NCBI RefSeq assembly: GCF_006345805.1 | Contig: NW_021825892.1 | Span: 1-14,860, forward strand | Origin: Octopus sinensis | Lineage: Eukaryota | Length of the DNA stretch: 14,860 nt | Direction: 5' to 3' | Shown: piece after piece, positions 1 to 9,140 of the stretch | Layout: every line of letters starts with the position of its first letter | How positions within the stretch are numbered: position 1 is the stretch's first letter | The notes under the pieces: model-generated | The model's input: the letters and a program-made list of their open reading frames with translations, nothing else | Databases searched by the model: none | What the model was told of the DNA's origin: nothing | Made by a program: the position numbers and the translations under genes

Positions 1-110
1 ACTTTTTTTCACTTTGCTGCAGTTCACTCAGGTGTAGAAATGAGTTGCGACGTCACTGGTGCCAAGCTGTATCGGCCCCTTTGCCTTTCCCTTGGACAGC
101 ATCAGTGGCG
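1..110 (+). mobile_element. Internal fragment of a SINE, cut by the window edge
   Basis: CAGTTCACTCAGGTGTAGAAATGAGTTGCGACGTCACTGGTGCCAAGCTGTATCGG resembles the central part of a common octopus SINE that I recall. The head lies outside the window. Not database-verified. Confidence 0.5.
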
Positions 111-196
111 CCTCTGATGCTATCGGGTGTTTTGGCTCAGACGTTTTTGCTTCGGAGTTTGTGCATCACTGATTCGATGCTGACTTAATTGCCCTA

Positions 197-676
197 AGAT
201 GTTTCTCTCCTTTTTAATATTTCTCTCGTTCTCTTGCCCTCTGCTTGTCTGTCTCTCAGTCTGTCTCTCGCTACCTTTCTCTCTTTCTGTCTCACCCTTT
301 CTGTCTCTCCCTTTCTGTCTCTCTCTCTCAATCTCACGTTCCTTTCCTTTCTCTCTTTCTCTTCTCTCTCTCTCTCGCTGTGCCCATGTCTCAGCATATT
401 TCCCCTGACGTATATGAGAGAGAAACGCACATGTCGATCGTATTCAATTCATAAATTGTAATGTCCTTCTTTTTACTCTCCCTCTCTCTTTCTCTCCCTC
501 TTCTTGCCCACCCCGTCTTTCGTTTCATCTCTCCATGTCTCTTTTGCCTTCTTCCTCTCTTTCTCTATGCGTATAAGCACCTTTCTCTTTTTTCTGTATG
601 AAGAAAGTTGAAGTGTTTATGTCAATCACATTCAATATATAAAGCGTAATGCCTCTCTTTCCCTCCCTCCCTCCCT

Positions 677-718
<42 letters not shown>

Positions 719-720
719 AT
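197..720. repeat. CT/TC-rich low-complexity tract with (TC)n microsatellite
   Basis: Degenerate (CT)n/(CTGT)n at 197-420 and pure (TC)n near 686-712. Source of the RE-rich and LS-rich ORFs. Confidence 0.9.
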
Positions 721-902
721 TGTGTATATAAGTGTGTGTCTCTGTATGTGCGTGTGTCTGTATGTGTGCATTTCCCTGCAGCGCCAAAAAGAAGTGTCAC
801 CAAAACAGATTGAATGTCTCAACATAGCCTTGCCAAATCGTCAACGACCAAACAGCTACGCCCAATAGTCTCATTCTGTAACGATTTCTCTTTGAGAAAT
901 AT

Positions 903-1205
903 GTTTGTTCCTTCTCGAGCCACGCCTGGCTCATAAGGGCCAGTTTCCCGGTTTCCTTGGGTATAAGTTCCCCACCTGGACGGGACGCCGGTCCGTCGCA
1001 GGTGAGCTGCAAGATGCAGGAGGAAAGAGTGAGAGAGGATGTTGTAGCGAAAGAGTCAGCAGAAGTTCGCTATTACCTTCTACCGGAGCCGCGTGGAGCT
1101 TAGGTGTTTCGCTTATAAACCCATACATCGCCCGGTCTGAGATTCGAACCCGCGATCCCTCGAGAGAGATTCCGCTGCTCTAACTACTAGGCCATGTGCC
1201 TCCAC
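903..1205 (-). mobile_element. Full-length tRNA-derived SINE with V-domain-like core and 11-bp TSD
   Basis: Minus strand: A box TGGCCTAGTAGTTA (1194-1181), B box GGTTCGAATC (1150-1141), core CCTGCGACGGACCGGCGTCCCGTCCAGG (1002-975). Direct repeat TTGAGAAATAT at 892-902 and 1206-1216. Confidence 0.9.
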
Positions 1206-1536
1206 TTGAGAAATATAATTTGATATTATTTCTACCTAGTTTCTTTAATACTGGAGTAGGCGGTAAAAACACGCATTAAAATGTCGTTCGGATTTGGATT
1301 TCCTTATCACGAGACAGCGAAAACCAAAGCATCTCATTCCAGAAGGTGGAATACGAAAATAATGAGTTGGTGTGCACGTATGGAAAAAAGCAAAAACGCA
1401 CACAAACATCAACGCACACACAATCACACACATCCATTCGTACATATATGCACATATATACATTTACACAAATACACACACAATGCACGTAAGCATATAC
1501 ATTGACATGAATGTATAAAATATATGAACATGCATA

Positions 1537-1537
<1 letters not shown>

Positions 1538-1600
<63 letters not shown>
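1538..1600. repeat. (TG)n microsatellite
   Basis: Near-perfect TG run. Confidence 0.97.
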
Positions 1601-1601
<1 letters not shown>

Positions 1602-1789
1602 TAGTTTTTCTATGTAGATATGAACGTCTGAATGAAAAACGAAATGGCGGAAGTGTTGTTATTATTGCTATGTCATGAATTATAACTTTTGAAAGAGCAG
1701 CCGACAACTGCAGAGCCGTGATCGGCAATCTCCGGGGATTACCGATCAAATGTCGAGAAAAACAATGAATGTAATATTAGAATTATTAA

Positions 1790-2142
1790 TACTACTAATA
1801 CGGCTGCTATAACTGCTACTACTACTACTATTACAACTACGACGACGATGACTTTACTACTTCTACTACCATCACAACCACAACCACTTCTACTATCATC
1901 ATCACCACTAATACCACTGCTGCTGCTGCTGATGCTAATGCTACAACAATTATTTGCCTAAGGTTGTAGTACAACTGGTACAAATAATAATAATATTGAT
2001 GACGATGGCGATGTTGATGATGATGATGACAATGATGACGATGGTGATGATGATCATAATGATGATTATGATCATGAAAACAATATCAATGATAATAATA
2101 ATGGAGATAATGCTGATGATAGTAACGTTGAGCAACATGGTG

Positions 2143-2185
<43 letters not shown>

Positions 2186-2402
2186 TAATAATGATAATAG
2201 TAATAATAATAATAATAATAATGATAATAATAATAATTATAATAATAATGATAATAATAATAATAATAATAATTATAATAATAATAAAGATGATAATGAT
2301 GATGATGATGATGATGATAAATGATAATAATAATAATAATAACAACAACAATAAAAATAACAATAATAATGATGATGATGATGATGATGATGATAATAAG
2401 AA

Positions 2403-2448
<46 letters not shown>

Positions 2449-2519
2449 GATGAATGATGATGATGATATGATGATAAATGATAATAATAATAATGATAAT
2501 AATAATAATAATAATAATA

Positions 2520-2560
<41 letters not shown>

Positions 2561-2884
2561 TAAGAGAATAAACAAGAAGGGAAAAAGAGGGAAAAGAGAG
2601 GGGAGGGGAGAATCAGAATATTTAGAGGAATAATGATGAGGAGGATAATAAACATGGTGATGAGAATGATAATGGTGATAATAATGAAAATAATAATACG
2701 AATGATTATACTAGTGAAAATATAAATAAGAATTATAACAATGATGATAAAAATAATGGTGGTGATAATGTTAACATTGAGAATGGTAATAATAATAATA
2801 ATAATAATAATAGTAACAACAACAACAACAACAACAATAATAATAATGATAATAATAACAATAATAATGATAATAAAAAGAATG

Positions 2885-2939
<55 letters not shown>

Positions 2940-3078
2940 AATAATAATGATAATAAAAAGAATGATAATAATAATGATGATGATGATGATGATGATAATA
3001 AAATTAAAATTGTATTAATTATAGTAAAAATGATGAGGAGATAATGACCATGGTGAAGGGGATGATAATGGTAGTGAA

Positions 3079-3122
<44 letters not shown>

Positions 3123-3196
3123 CGATGATGTTGATGATGATGATAATGATGATGATGATGATGATGAGGATGATGATGATGATGATGATGCGATGA

Positions 3197-3234
<38 letters not shown>

Positions 3235-3425
3235 CGATGATGTTGATGATGATGATAATGATGACGAGGAGGAGGAGGATAATTCGAATAACGACGTCGA
3301 CGATGATGATGATGATGATGACGACGATGATGACGATGATGATGATGATTATGATGAGCGACAGAACAACAATACAGCCAAAATAGCCTCAAACAAACTT
3401 CAACAACAACAACAACAAAAACAAT
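1790..3425. repeat. Compound trinucleotide microsatellite field: (ACT/GCT)n, (AAT)n, (GAT)n, (AAC)n
   Basis: About 1.6 kb of interleaved AAT, GAT and AAC runs. Gives the poly-I/N/M/H/D/S pseudo-ORFs. Confidence 0.97.
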
Positions 3426-3802
3426 AAGAATAAAAGACAATTTAGATCAACAACAATAGGAAAGGCATAGAATTGGGGAGGAAAAATCAATATCGCAATA
3501 AAATGGTATAAAGAAAATACAAAAAAAAACAAAACAAAAAGCATTATTTCAATACATAAGCAATAATACACAACAGGAACAAGAAAAGAGACGAGAGAGA
3601 GGGGGAGGATGGGGAGAGGGAAGAGAGAGAGAGAGGAGAGAGAAAAGACTTTGAAGATTTTTCTCTCCTATAAATCAGATTCGAGTTGATTGGAGAATCA
3701 ATGTTTTGGGGTATTGAGATTGGTGTTAGTGTGAGCTGGAATCTAAAGAACATGGACAAACTGTATATGAGGGTATGTATGTACATGTGTGTAGAAGGTA
3801 TA

Positions 3803-3852
3803 TAGAGAGAGAGAGGGAGTGAGAGAGAGAGAGTGAGAGAGAGAGAGAGAGA

Positions 3853-3913
<61 letters not shown>

Positions 3914-3935
3914 CAGAAAGATACAGACAGACAAC

Positions 3936-3986
<51 letters not shown>

Positions 3987-4194
3987 AGATAGATAGATAG
4001 AGGATAGATAGATAGATAATAGATAGATAAGATTAGATAGATAGTAGATAGATAAGATAGACAGGTAGATAGAAAAGATAGAGAGAAAAGGTAGACAGAA
4101 AAAAGTAGATATAGATATTAAATATATATGTGTGAGATTGATATAGAGTATATAGATAATATGTGTGTATGTGTGTATATAAGTGTATATATAA

Positions 4195-4246
<52 letters not shown>

Positions 4247-4544
4247 TATACATGTGTATATAGATATATATGTATATTATATATATGTACATATGTATGA
4301 ATTGAAAAGTGGGTGCATGGATGTTGCTATGTGTATGTTAGTGTATATGTATGTGTAAGTCTGTCTTTATGTGTGTGTGTGTGTTGTGTGTGTGTGAGTG
4401 TGTGTGTATGTATGATACTCTGCGTCTACGCATATACATGTATACAATTATTTAGGCATATGGTAATATATGTATACGCCTATGCGTTTCTATATGTATA
4501 TATATATATATGTACATACATTCATACATACATACATACATACA

Positions 4545-4576
<32 letters not shown>

Positions 4577-4622
4577 CATACATACATACATACATACATA
4601 AATACATACATACAAACATATA
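3803..4622. repeat. Compound microsatellite: (GA)n-(GATA)n-(GACA)n-(TA)n-(TG)n-(CATA)n
   Basis: Consecutive runs: GA ~3803-3852, GATA ~3856-3911, GACA ~3912-3985, TA ~4196-4238, TG ~4370-4410, CATA ~4522-4620. Confidence 0.97.
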
Positions 4623-4655
4623 TTTATGATGTGGAACACAGGGAAAACATACATG

Positions 4656-5028
4656 CATTTCCATCACCTCTGCTCACCACATAGCGTCAAATTAAAAGCG
4701 GAGCTTGGAGCGGTCCAACATCACTACACTAAAACGATTGTAACAATGTAGCAGATGAGCCCCTGGGAGAGGCTGAAAATACCACGACTTTACTCCCTGG
4801 AGCCCAAGAGGCGTCTGATATGTAGTAATCTACGGATGAAAAACTCTTGAAGAACTAGGGCCTAGTTTCGGCATCGAGTGTTATGCAAATCACTGACCAG
4901 GACGCCATTGTATTGAACCGAAGTTTTCTTCCATCCCAATCAGAACCAGATATTGCAATAGCTTTGTGCTCAAAGGCCCACATCTGTTCAATACACTGCC
5001 ACAAAAATTAAGAAACCAACGCTATGGG
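4656..5028 (+). mobile_element. Degenerate CR1/L2-group LINE ORF2 C-terminal fragment
   Basis: Translates as LCSPHSVKLKAELGAVQHHYTKTIVTM*QMSPWERLKIPRLYSLEPKRR, then after a frameshift VIYG*KTLEELGPSFGI...GRHCIEP...RTRYCNSFVLKGPHLFNTLPQKLRN. This matches the LE.VQRR.TK...Y.ERL..L.L.SLE.RR and G..LFN.LP..LR motifs that follow the RT domain in CR1-like LINEs. Has stops and a frameshift. Confidence 0.85.
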
Positions 5029-5245
5029 GCCGTGATTTTTAAACCCCCAAATAAGATTAATTTAATCATTGTTTTTTAAGCTTAGGTTTTAATTTCTTAA
5101 TAAAGTCCTTTTCTCTCAGTTTTCTCTCAATTTCATTCAGGTTGTAAAGTTTATGAAATGGGAATATCATAAAAGTTTTCCGACCACATGTTGCCAGATG
5201 GTTACTCAGTGGTATTTGGTGGACTTCTGGGTTTTTAATTTGTTG

Positions 5246-5700
5246 TATATTATTATAAAAGATGAGACAAAAAAGGTGTGTTTATTAATTGACATGAGTA
5301 TTCCTTGCGAAAGAATTTGACAAGATCAGTAAATATGAAGAGTTGCTAATAGAAAATGAAAAAATGTGGCATCTCAAGGCGACTACAGTACCAGTGATTG
5401 TAGGATCTCTAAGAATGATAAAAAAAAAAAAGGCACTGAAAATGATACCAGGCTTACCATCCGTACAGGAAGTGCAAAAAATCGTGTTAACTGGAACGAC
5501 TCATGTACTGAGAAGAGAATTATCACTGTGAAAACAATATCCATTCATGAATTTATTTATTTATGTTTTAAATACATATTTTACCTGTCAGTTTGCGTGT
5601 GTAATCTGGGAATGCATACAATGAGCTTCTCTGCCCTAGGTGTACGGAAAACACTCGGCGAGAAACGGAAGAAAATTTGAAGAAAGAAGGAAAAAAAATA
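5246..5700 (+). mobile_element. 3' end of an R4/Dong-type (RLE-bearing) non-LTR retrotransposon, degenerate
   Basis: IIIKDETKK/VCLLIDMSIPC...EFDKISKYEELLIENEKMWHLKATTVPVIVGSLRMIKK...QEVQKIVLTGTTHVLRRELSL* follows the PD..D..P / K..KY..L / PV.VG.LG / QK..L.GT...LR pattern of R4-clade restriction-like endonuclease ends. Followed by a ~170-bp 3' UTR ending in an A-rich tail. Confidence 0.85.
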
Positions 5701-5908
5701 ATTATCCTTTCTACTATAGACACAGGGCTTGGAAATTGAAAGGAAAGAGATAGTTGATCGCATCGATCCCAGTACTTGATTGATCGACCCTGAAAGGATA
5801 AAAGGCAAAGTAGACCTCAGTGTAATTTGAACCCCGGGTGTAAAGACGGACAAAATGTCACTAATTACTTTTCCCGGCGTGATCACGACTCTACCAGCTC
5901 GCCACCTT
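5700..5908 (-). mobile_element. tRNA-derived SINE (second family), copy 1
   Basis: Minus strand: head AAGGTGGCGAGCTGGTAGAGTCG, B-box-like GGGTTCAAATTAC, core GGTCTACTTTGCCTTTTATCCTTTCAGGGTCGAT, tail AGTAGAAAGGATAATT. Confidence 0.85.
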
Positions 5909-5913
5909 AATGG

Positions 5914-6116
5914 TAATAATAATGGTTACAAATTTCCCCTCAAAAGCAGCAATTTGTGGCGAGGGGACTAGTCGAATACATTCATTGGACCCCCCTCCGT
6001 GTTCAACTGATATTTATTTTCTCGACCTCGAACGGATGAAAGGCAAAGTCGATCTCGGCAAAATACCACTAAACGTTTCGTCCAGCGTAATCACGATTCT
6101 GCCAGCTCGCCATCTT
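5914..6116 (-). mobile_element. tRNA-derived SINE (second family), copy 2, B-box region deleted
   Basis: Head AAGATGGCGAGCTGGCAGAATCG and core GATCGACTTTGCCTTTCATCCGTTCGAGGTCGAG are homologous to copy 1. Its (ATT)n tail abuts the head of copy 1. Confidence 0.8.
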
Positions 6117-6168
6117 GATAATGATAATAATAATAATAATGATAATAATAATAATAATATTAATAATA

Positions 6169-6221
<53 letters not shown>
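6117..6221. repeat. (AAT)n microsatellite
   Basis: AAT run with GAT, TATT and AGT interruptions. Confidence 0.97.
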
Positions 6222-6224
<3 letters not shown>

Positions 6225-6626
6225 CTTTACTCTCTTTTACTCTTTTACCTTGTTTCAGTCATTTGATTGTGGCCATGCTGGAGCACCGCCTTTAGTCGAG
6301 CAAATCGACCCCGGGACTAATTCTTTGTAAGCCTAGTACTTATTCTGTCGGTGCCTTTTGCCGAACCGCTAATTTACGGGGACGTAAACACACCAGTATC
6401 GTTTGTCAAGCGATGTTGTGGTGGACAAACACACACACACACACATATATATATACATATATACTACGGGCTTCTTTCAGTTTCCGTCTACCAAATCCAC
6501 TCACAAAGCTTTGGTCGGCCCGAGTCTATAGTAGAAGGCACTTGGCCAAGGTGCCACGCAGTGGGACTAAACCCGGAACCATGCTGTTTGTAAGCAAGCT
6601 ACTCACTACACAGCCACTCTTACGCC

Positions 6627-6627
<1 letters not shown>
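6222..6627 (-). mobile_element. CORE-like tRNA-derived SINE (main family), copy A
   Basis: Minus strand head AGGCGTAAGAGTGGCTGTGTAGTGAG, B-box-like GGGTTTAGTCCC, CORE-like GCGTGGCACCTTGGCCAAGTG, internal (TG)/(TA) microsatellite, tail GACTGAAACAAGGTAAAAGAGTAAAAGAG. Confidence 0.93.
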
Positions 6628-6659
<32 letters not shown>

Positions 6660-6684
6660 TAATAATAATAATAATAATAATAAT

Positions 6685-6726
<42 letters not shown>

Positions 6727-6738
6727 TAATAATATAAT
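6628..6738. repeat. (AAT)n microsatellite between the duplicated SINEs
   Basis: AAT run carrying the same GAT and TATT interruptions as 6117-6221. Confidence 0.97.
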
Positions 6739-7143
6739 ACTCTTTACTCTCTTTTACTCTTTTACCTTGTTTCAGTCATTTGATTGTGGCCATGCTGGAG
6801 CACCGCCTTTAGTCGAGCAAATCGACCCCGGGACTAATTCTTTGTAAGCCTAGTACTTATTCTGTCGGTGCCTTTTGCCGAACCGCTAATTTACGGGGAC
6901 GTAAACACACCAGTATCGTTTGTCAAGCGATGTTGTGGTGGACAAACACACACACACACACATATATATATACATATATACTACGGGCTTCTTTCAGTTT
7001 CCGTCTACCAAATCCACTCACAAAGCTTTGGTCGGCCCGAGTCTATAGTAGAAGGCACTTGGCCAAGGTGCCACGCAGTGGGACTAAACCCGGAACCATG
7101 CTGTTTGTAAGCAAGCTACTCACTACACAGCCACTCTTACGCC

Positions 7144-7144
<1 letters not shown>
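6739..7144 (-). mobile_element. CORE-like SINE copy B, apparently identical to copy A
   Basis: Same 406-bp sequence at an offset of 517 bp. The ORF track gives identical 80-aa translations at 6351 and 6868. Confidence 0.93.
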
Positions 7145-7240
<96 letters not shown>

Positions 7241-7363
7241 CCAACGCAAAACACTTTCCATACAATAACCATCAGAGCATCACAACAAATCACAGCACAT
7301 ACCCAAGGCACACAGAGCTGCGCTCGGTAGTGAAGTGAAAGCACGCTATAAAAAATAAAACTA

Positions 7364-7416
<53 letters not shown>
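7145..7416. repeat. (AAT)n array interrupted by a retroelement 3' end
   Basis: Pure AAT runs at 7145-7240 and 7367-7416. Confidence 0.97.
7241..7366 (+). mobile_element. 5'-truncated R4/Dong-type retrotransposon 3' end inside (TAA)n
   Basis: Begins with ORF terminus QRKTLSIQ* (stop ends 7268), similar to HVLRRELSL* at 5531. Followed by a ~100-bp UTR ending ...AAAATAAAACTACTG and then (AAT)n. Both flanks are pure AAT repeats. Confidence 0.7.
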
Positions 7417-7417
<1 letters not shown>

Positions 7418-8095
7418 CATAACCCGGTGATTTTTAGAGCTCGTTTCGTAATTTCTGAAAAGAAGACAGACATCACTACATTTATATGCATAAATTAGAT
7501 TCCGTTTGGACGACAACAGGAAAGAGTCTGCCATAAATCTTCAACTTATCTAATTACAAGTTCGTTGGGGTAAAAAAACACTGAAATGTAAAATTATTTA
7601 AATATTGTTTAAATATTGCCATATGAAATGAATTATTAGCCAATATTTAACCGGGATAAATAAACAAATTGTTGTATAGGTGTTCAAAGAAGAGTTCTAA
7701 GTCGTATTGGATTTTTAATTGAATTTATGAAAGTGCTGGAAGAAATCTACAAGTAATAAATTTTACATTCCAGTTTTAAGAAAAAATTTCTTCTCTAAAA
7801 TAATCGAGAATTTATTATTATCACCTACCAGGTAAATTCAAATTAAAATTATTTTTAAAATATCATAAACAATGTCCTTTTGGAAACAAAGTATTTTACA
7901 TAATTAAATTATGCAAATACATAGAACCTGTTATTCATGTCAAAAAATACCTCAAGTTTCTTTCGGTTATATGAGAGTGAATCGCTTGTATTTCTTTCTC
8001 CATTGTTTCATTTTCCGTTGTGATTAAACTTTAACACATTTACACTTAAAAGTGCTTCTAGAAAAGGTCATTGATAAAACTATATATATATATAT

Positions 8096-8304
8096 AAAGT
8101 TAATCCAAACATGAAAACACAAAGAGAAAACACAACAACGCGAGGACGTGGAACAAATATAGTATTATTGGACGCTCAGGAAAGAAGGAAAGAAGGAGGG
8201 TTTAACGTTTCGAGTGGAGCTCTTTGTCAGAAACACAGGAAAAGGAAAGATCCAGAGAAGGGAAGACAGAGGGAAAAAAATCGCCAACGGTACACACGCG
8301 GTCA
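8096..8304 (-). mobile_element. Penelope-like element terminal (pLTR-like) relic 1
   Basis: Carries a minimal hammerhead motif (8234-8200). Shares AAAGTT...GAAAAC...ACAACA...GTATTA...ACGCTC landmarks with the relic at 10937. No RT or GIY-YIG ORF is left, so the PLE assignment rests on the ribozyme motif. Confidence 0.65.
8200..8234 (-). ncRNA. Minimal type I hammerhead ribozyme motif (decayed copy)
   Basis: RNA: GUUU-CUGACAA-A-GAGC-UCC-ACUC-GAAAC-GUU-AAAC. Stem I GUUU/AAAC, stem II GAG/CUC, palindromic ACGU stem III for dimer formation, GUU cleavage triplet. G8 is replaced by A. Confidence 0.7.
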
Positions 8305-8350
8305 TATATTAGGGAGTATAACTCCAAACTTACATGGAAATTTTTTGTTT

Positions 8351-8507
8351 ACAACGGGCTTCTTTCAGTTTCTGTCAACCAAATCCCCACACAAGGCTTT
8401 GGTCGGCCGATGCTATAGTAGCAGACACTAAGGTGTCACGCAGTGCGACTGAACCAGGAACCATGTAGTTGGGAAGCAAACTTCTCATTACACAGCCACG
8501 TCTGTGT
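8351..8507 (-). mobile_element. CORE-like SINE, 5' half only (copy C)
   Basis: ACAACGGGCTTCTTTCAGTTTC...CACAAGGCTTTGGTCGGCC...GAACCAGGAACCATGTAGTTGGG...ACACAGCCAC aligns to the head half of copies E and F. Confidence 0.85.
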
Positions 8508-8563
8508 AAACTTTAGGTTAGTTCAAATATATTTCACTACAATTTACCGTAGTAAATAAAATT

Positions 8564-8740
8564 TTAAAAAACGTGTACGGTTATGCGTACTAATTCAAGT
8601 GGACTTGTTAAAATGGAATTCTAGGTGGACAATTCCGGTTCTTAAATTCCGTCTTCAGTGGCAGAAACCAAAGGGTGGTAACTCAGATGTAAGACTTTCT
8701 ATCAGCTCAGGCTAACCTGGGAATGACCTCGTCTACTGCG
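8564..8740 (+). mobile_element. Possible highly decayed CR1-like RT fragment
   Basis: Frame from 8612 reads NGILGGQFRFLNSVFSGRNQRVVTQM*, resembling the GI.G..L.W..SFLSGR.QRVV.NG motif upstream of the RT PQG motif. Short and degenerate. Confidence 0.4.
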
Positions 8741-8827
8741 TTACAGATTCAAATGTGTCGCAAACATATTTGAACTAACCTAAAAATTATTTCTTTCTTA
8801 TCCTATATATATACATATATATATATA

Positions 8828-8988
8828 TGACGGGCTTCTTTCGGTTTCCGTCTACCAAATCTACTCACAACGCTTTGGTTCAGTAGAAGTTAGAGTAGAA
8901 GACACCTGTCGAAAGTGCTACGCAGTGGGAACGAAACCCTGAACCATGTGGTTGGGAAGCAAAACTCTTACAACACACCCATTCGCCT
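8828..8988 (-). mobile_element. CORE-like SINE, diverged 5' half (copy D)
   Basis: TGACGGGCTTCTTTCGGTTTCCGTCTACCAAATC...GAACCATGTGGTTGGGAAGC...GCCT, preceded by (TA)n. Confidence 0.85.
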
Positions 8989-9140
8989 TTGTTTTCTTAA
9001 TAGGAGGTTCTTAAATTTTCTAATTCTCGGGTAATCATGTATAGCACCATTTCATCCTTTTTAGAAATCATCAGCATGGCACAAACTGTGAATTATATTA
9101 ACACAATTTTCAAAGGAAAACTTTTATACAAACTTATATA

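Noticed and set aside
194-825. RE-rich and LS-rich ORFs
   Set aside because: They are translations of (CT/GA)n low-complexity DNA with no domain content.
1950-3571. Long poly-I/N/M/D/H/S ORFs, including an acidic poly-Asp frame near 3040-3350
   Set aside because: Trinucleotide repeats stay open in several frames on both strands. There are no splice or codon signals and the frames break at repeat junctions.
3726-4684. IYLS/YIHT/CVCV-type ORFs
   Set aside because: Products of GATA, CATA, TA and TG microsatellites.
5141-5211. Exon candidate after a strong polypyrimidine acceptor (VVKFMKWEYHKSFPTTCCQM)
   Set aside because: The donor is weak, the peptide is unrecognised, and it is wedged between two LINE relics.
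5343-5531. 62-aa ORF as a functional gene
   Set aside because: It has real protein ancestry but is a frameshifted, truncated retrotransposon endonuclease end, so it is reported as a mobile element.
6222-7144. Repeat-spacer-repeat pattern as CRISPR, or duplicated 80-aa ORFs as paralogous genes
   Set aside because: The units are 406-bp SINEs separated by microsatellite in a eukaryotic context, and the ORFs are antisense SINE text.
9030-9085. Minus-strand CUGAUGA...GAAA as a third hammerhead
   Set aside because: Stem II is weak and closed by U-U, and there is no stem I or stem III complement with an NUH triplet.
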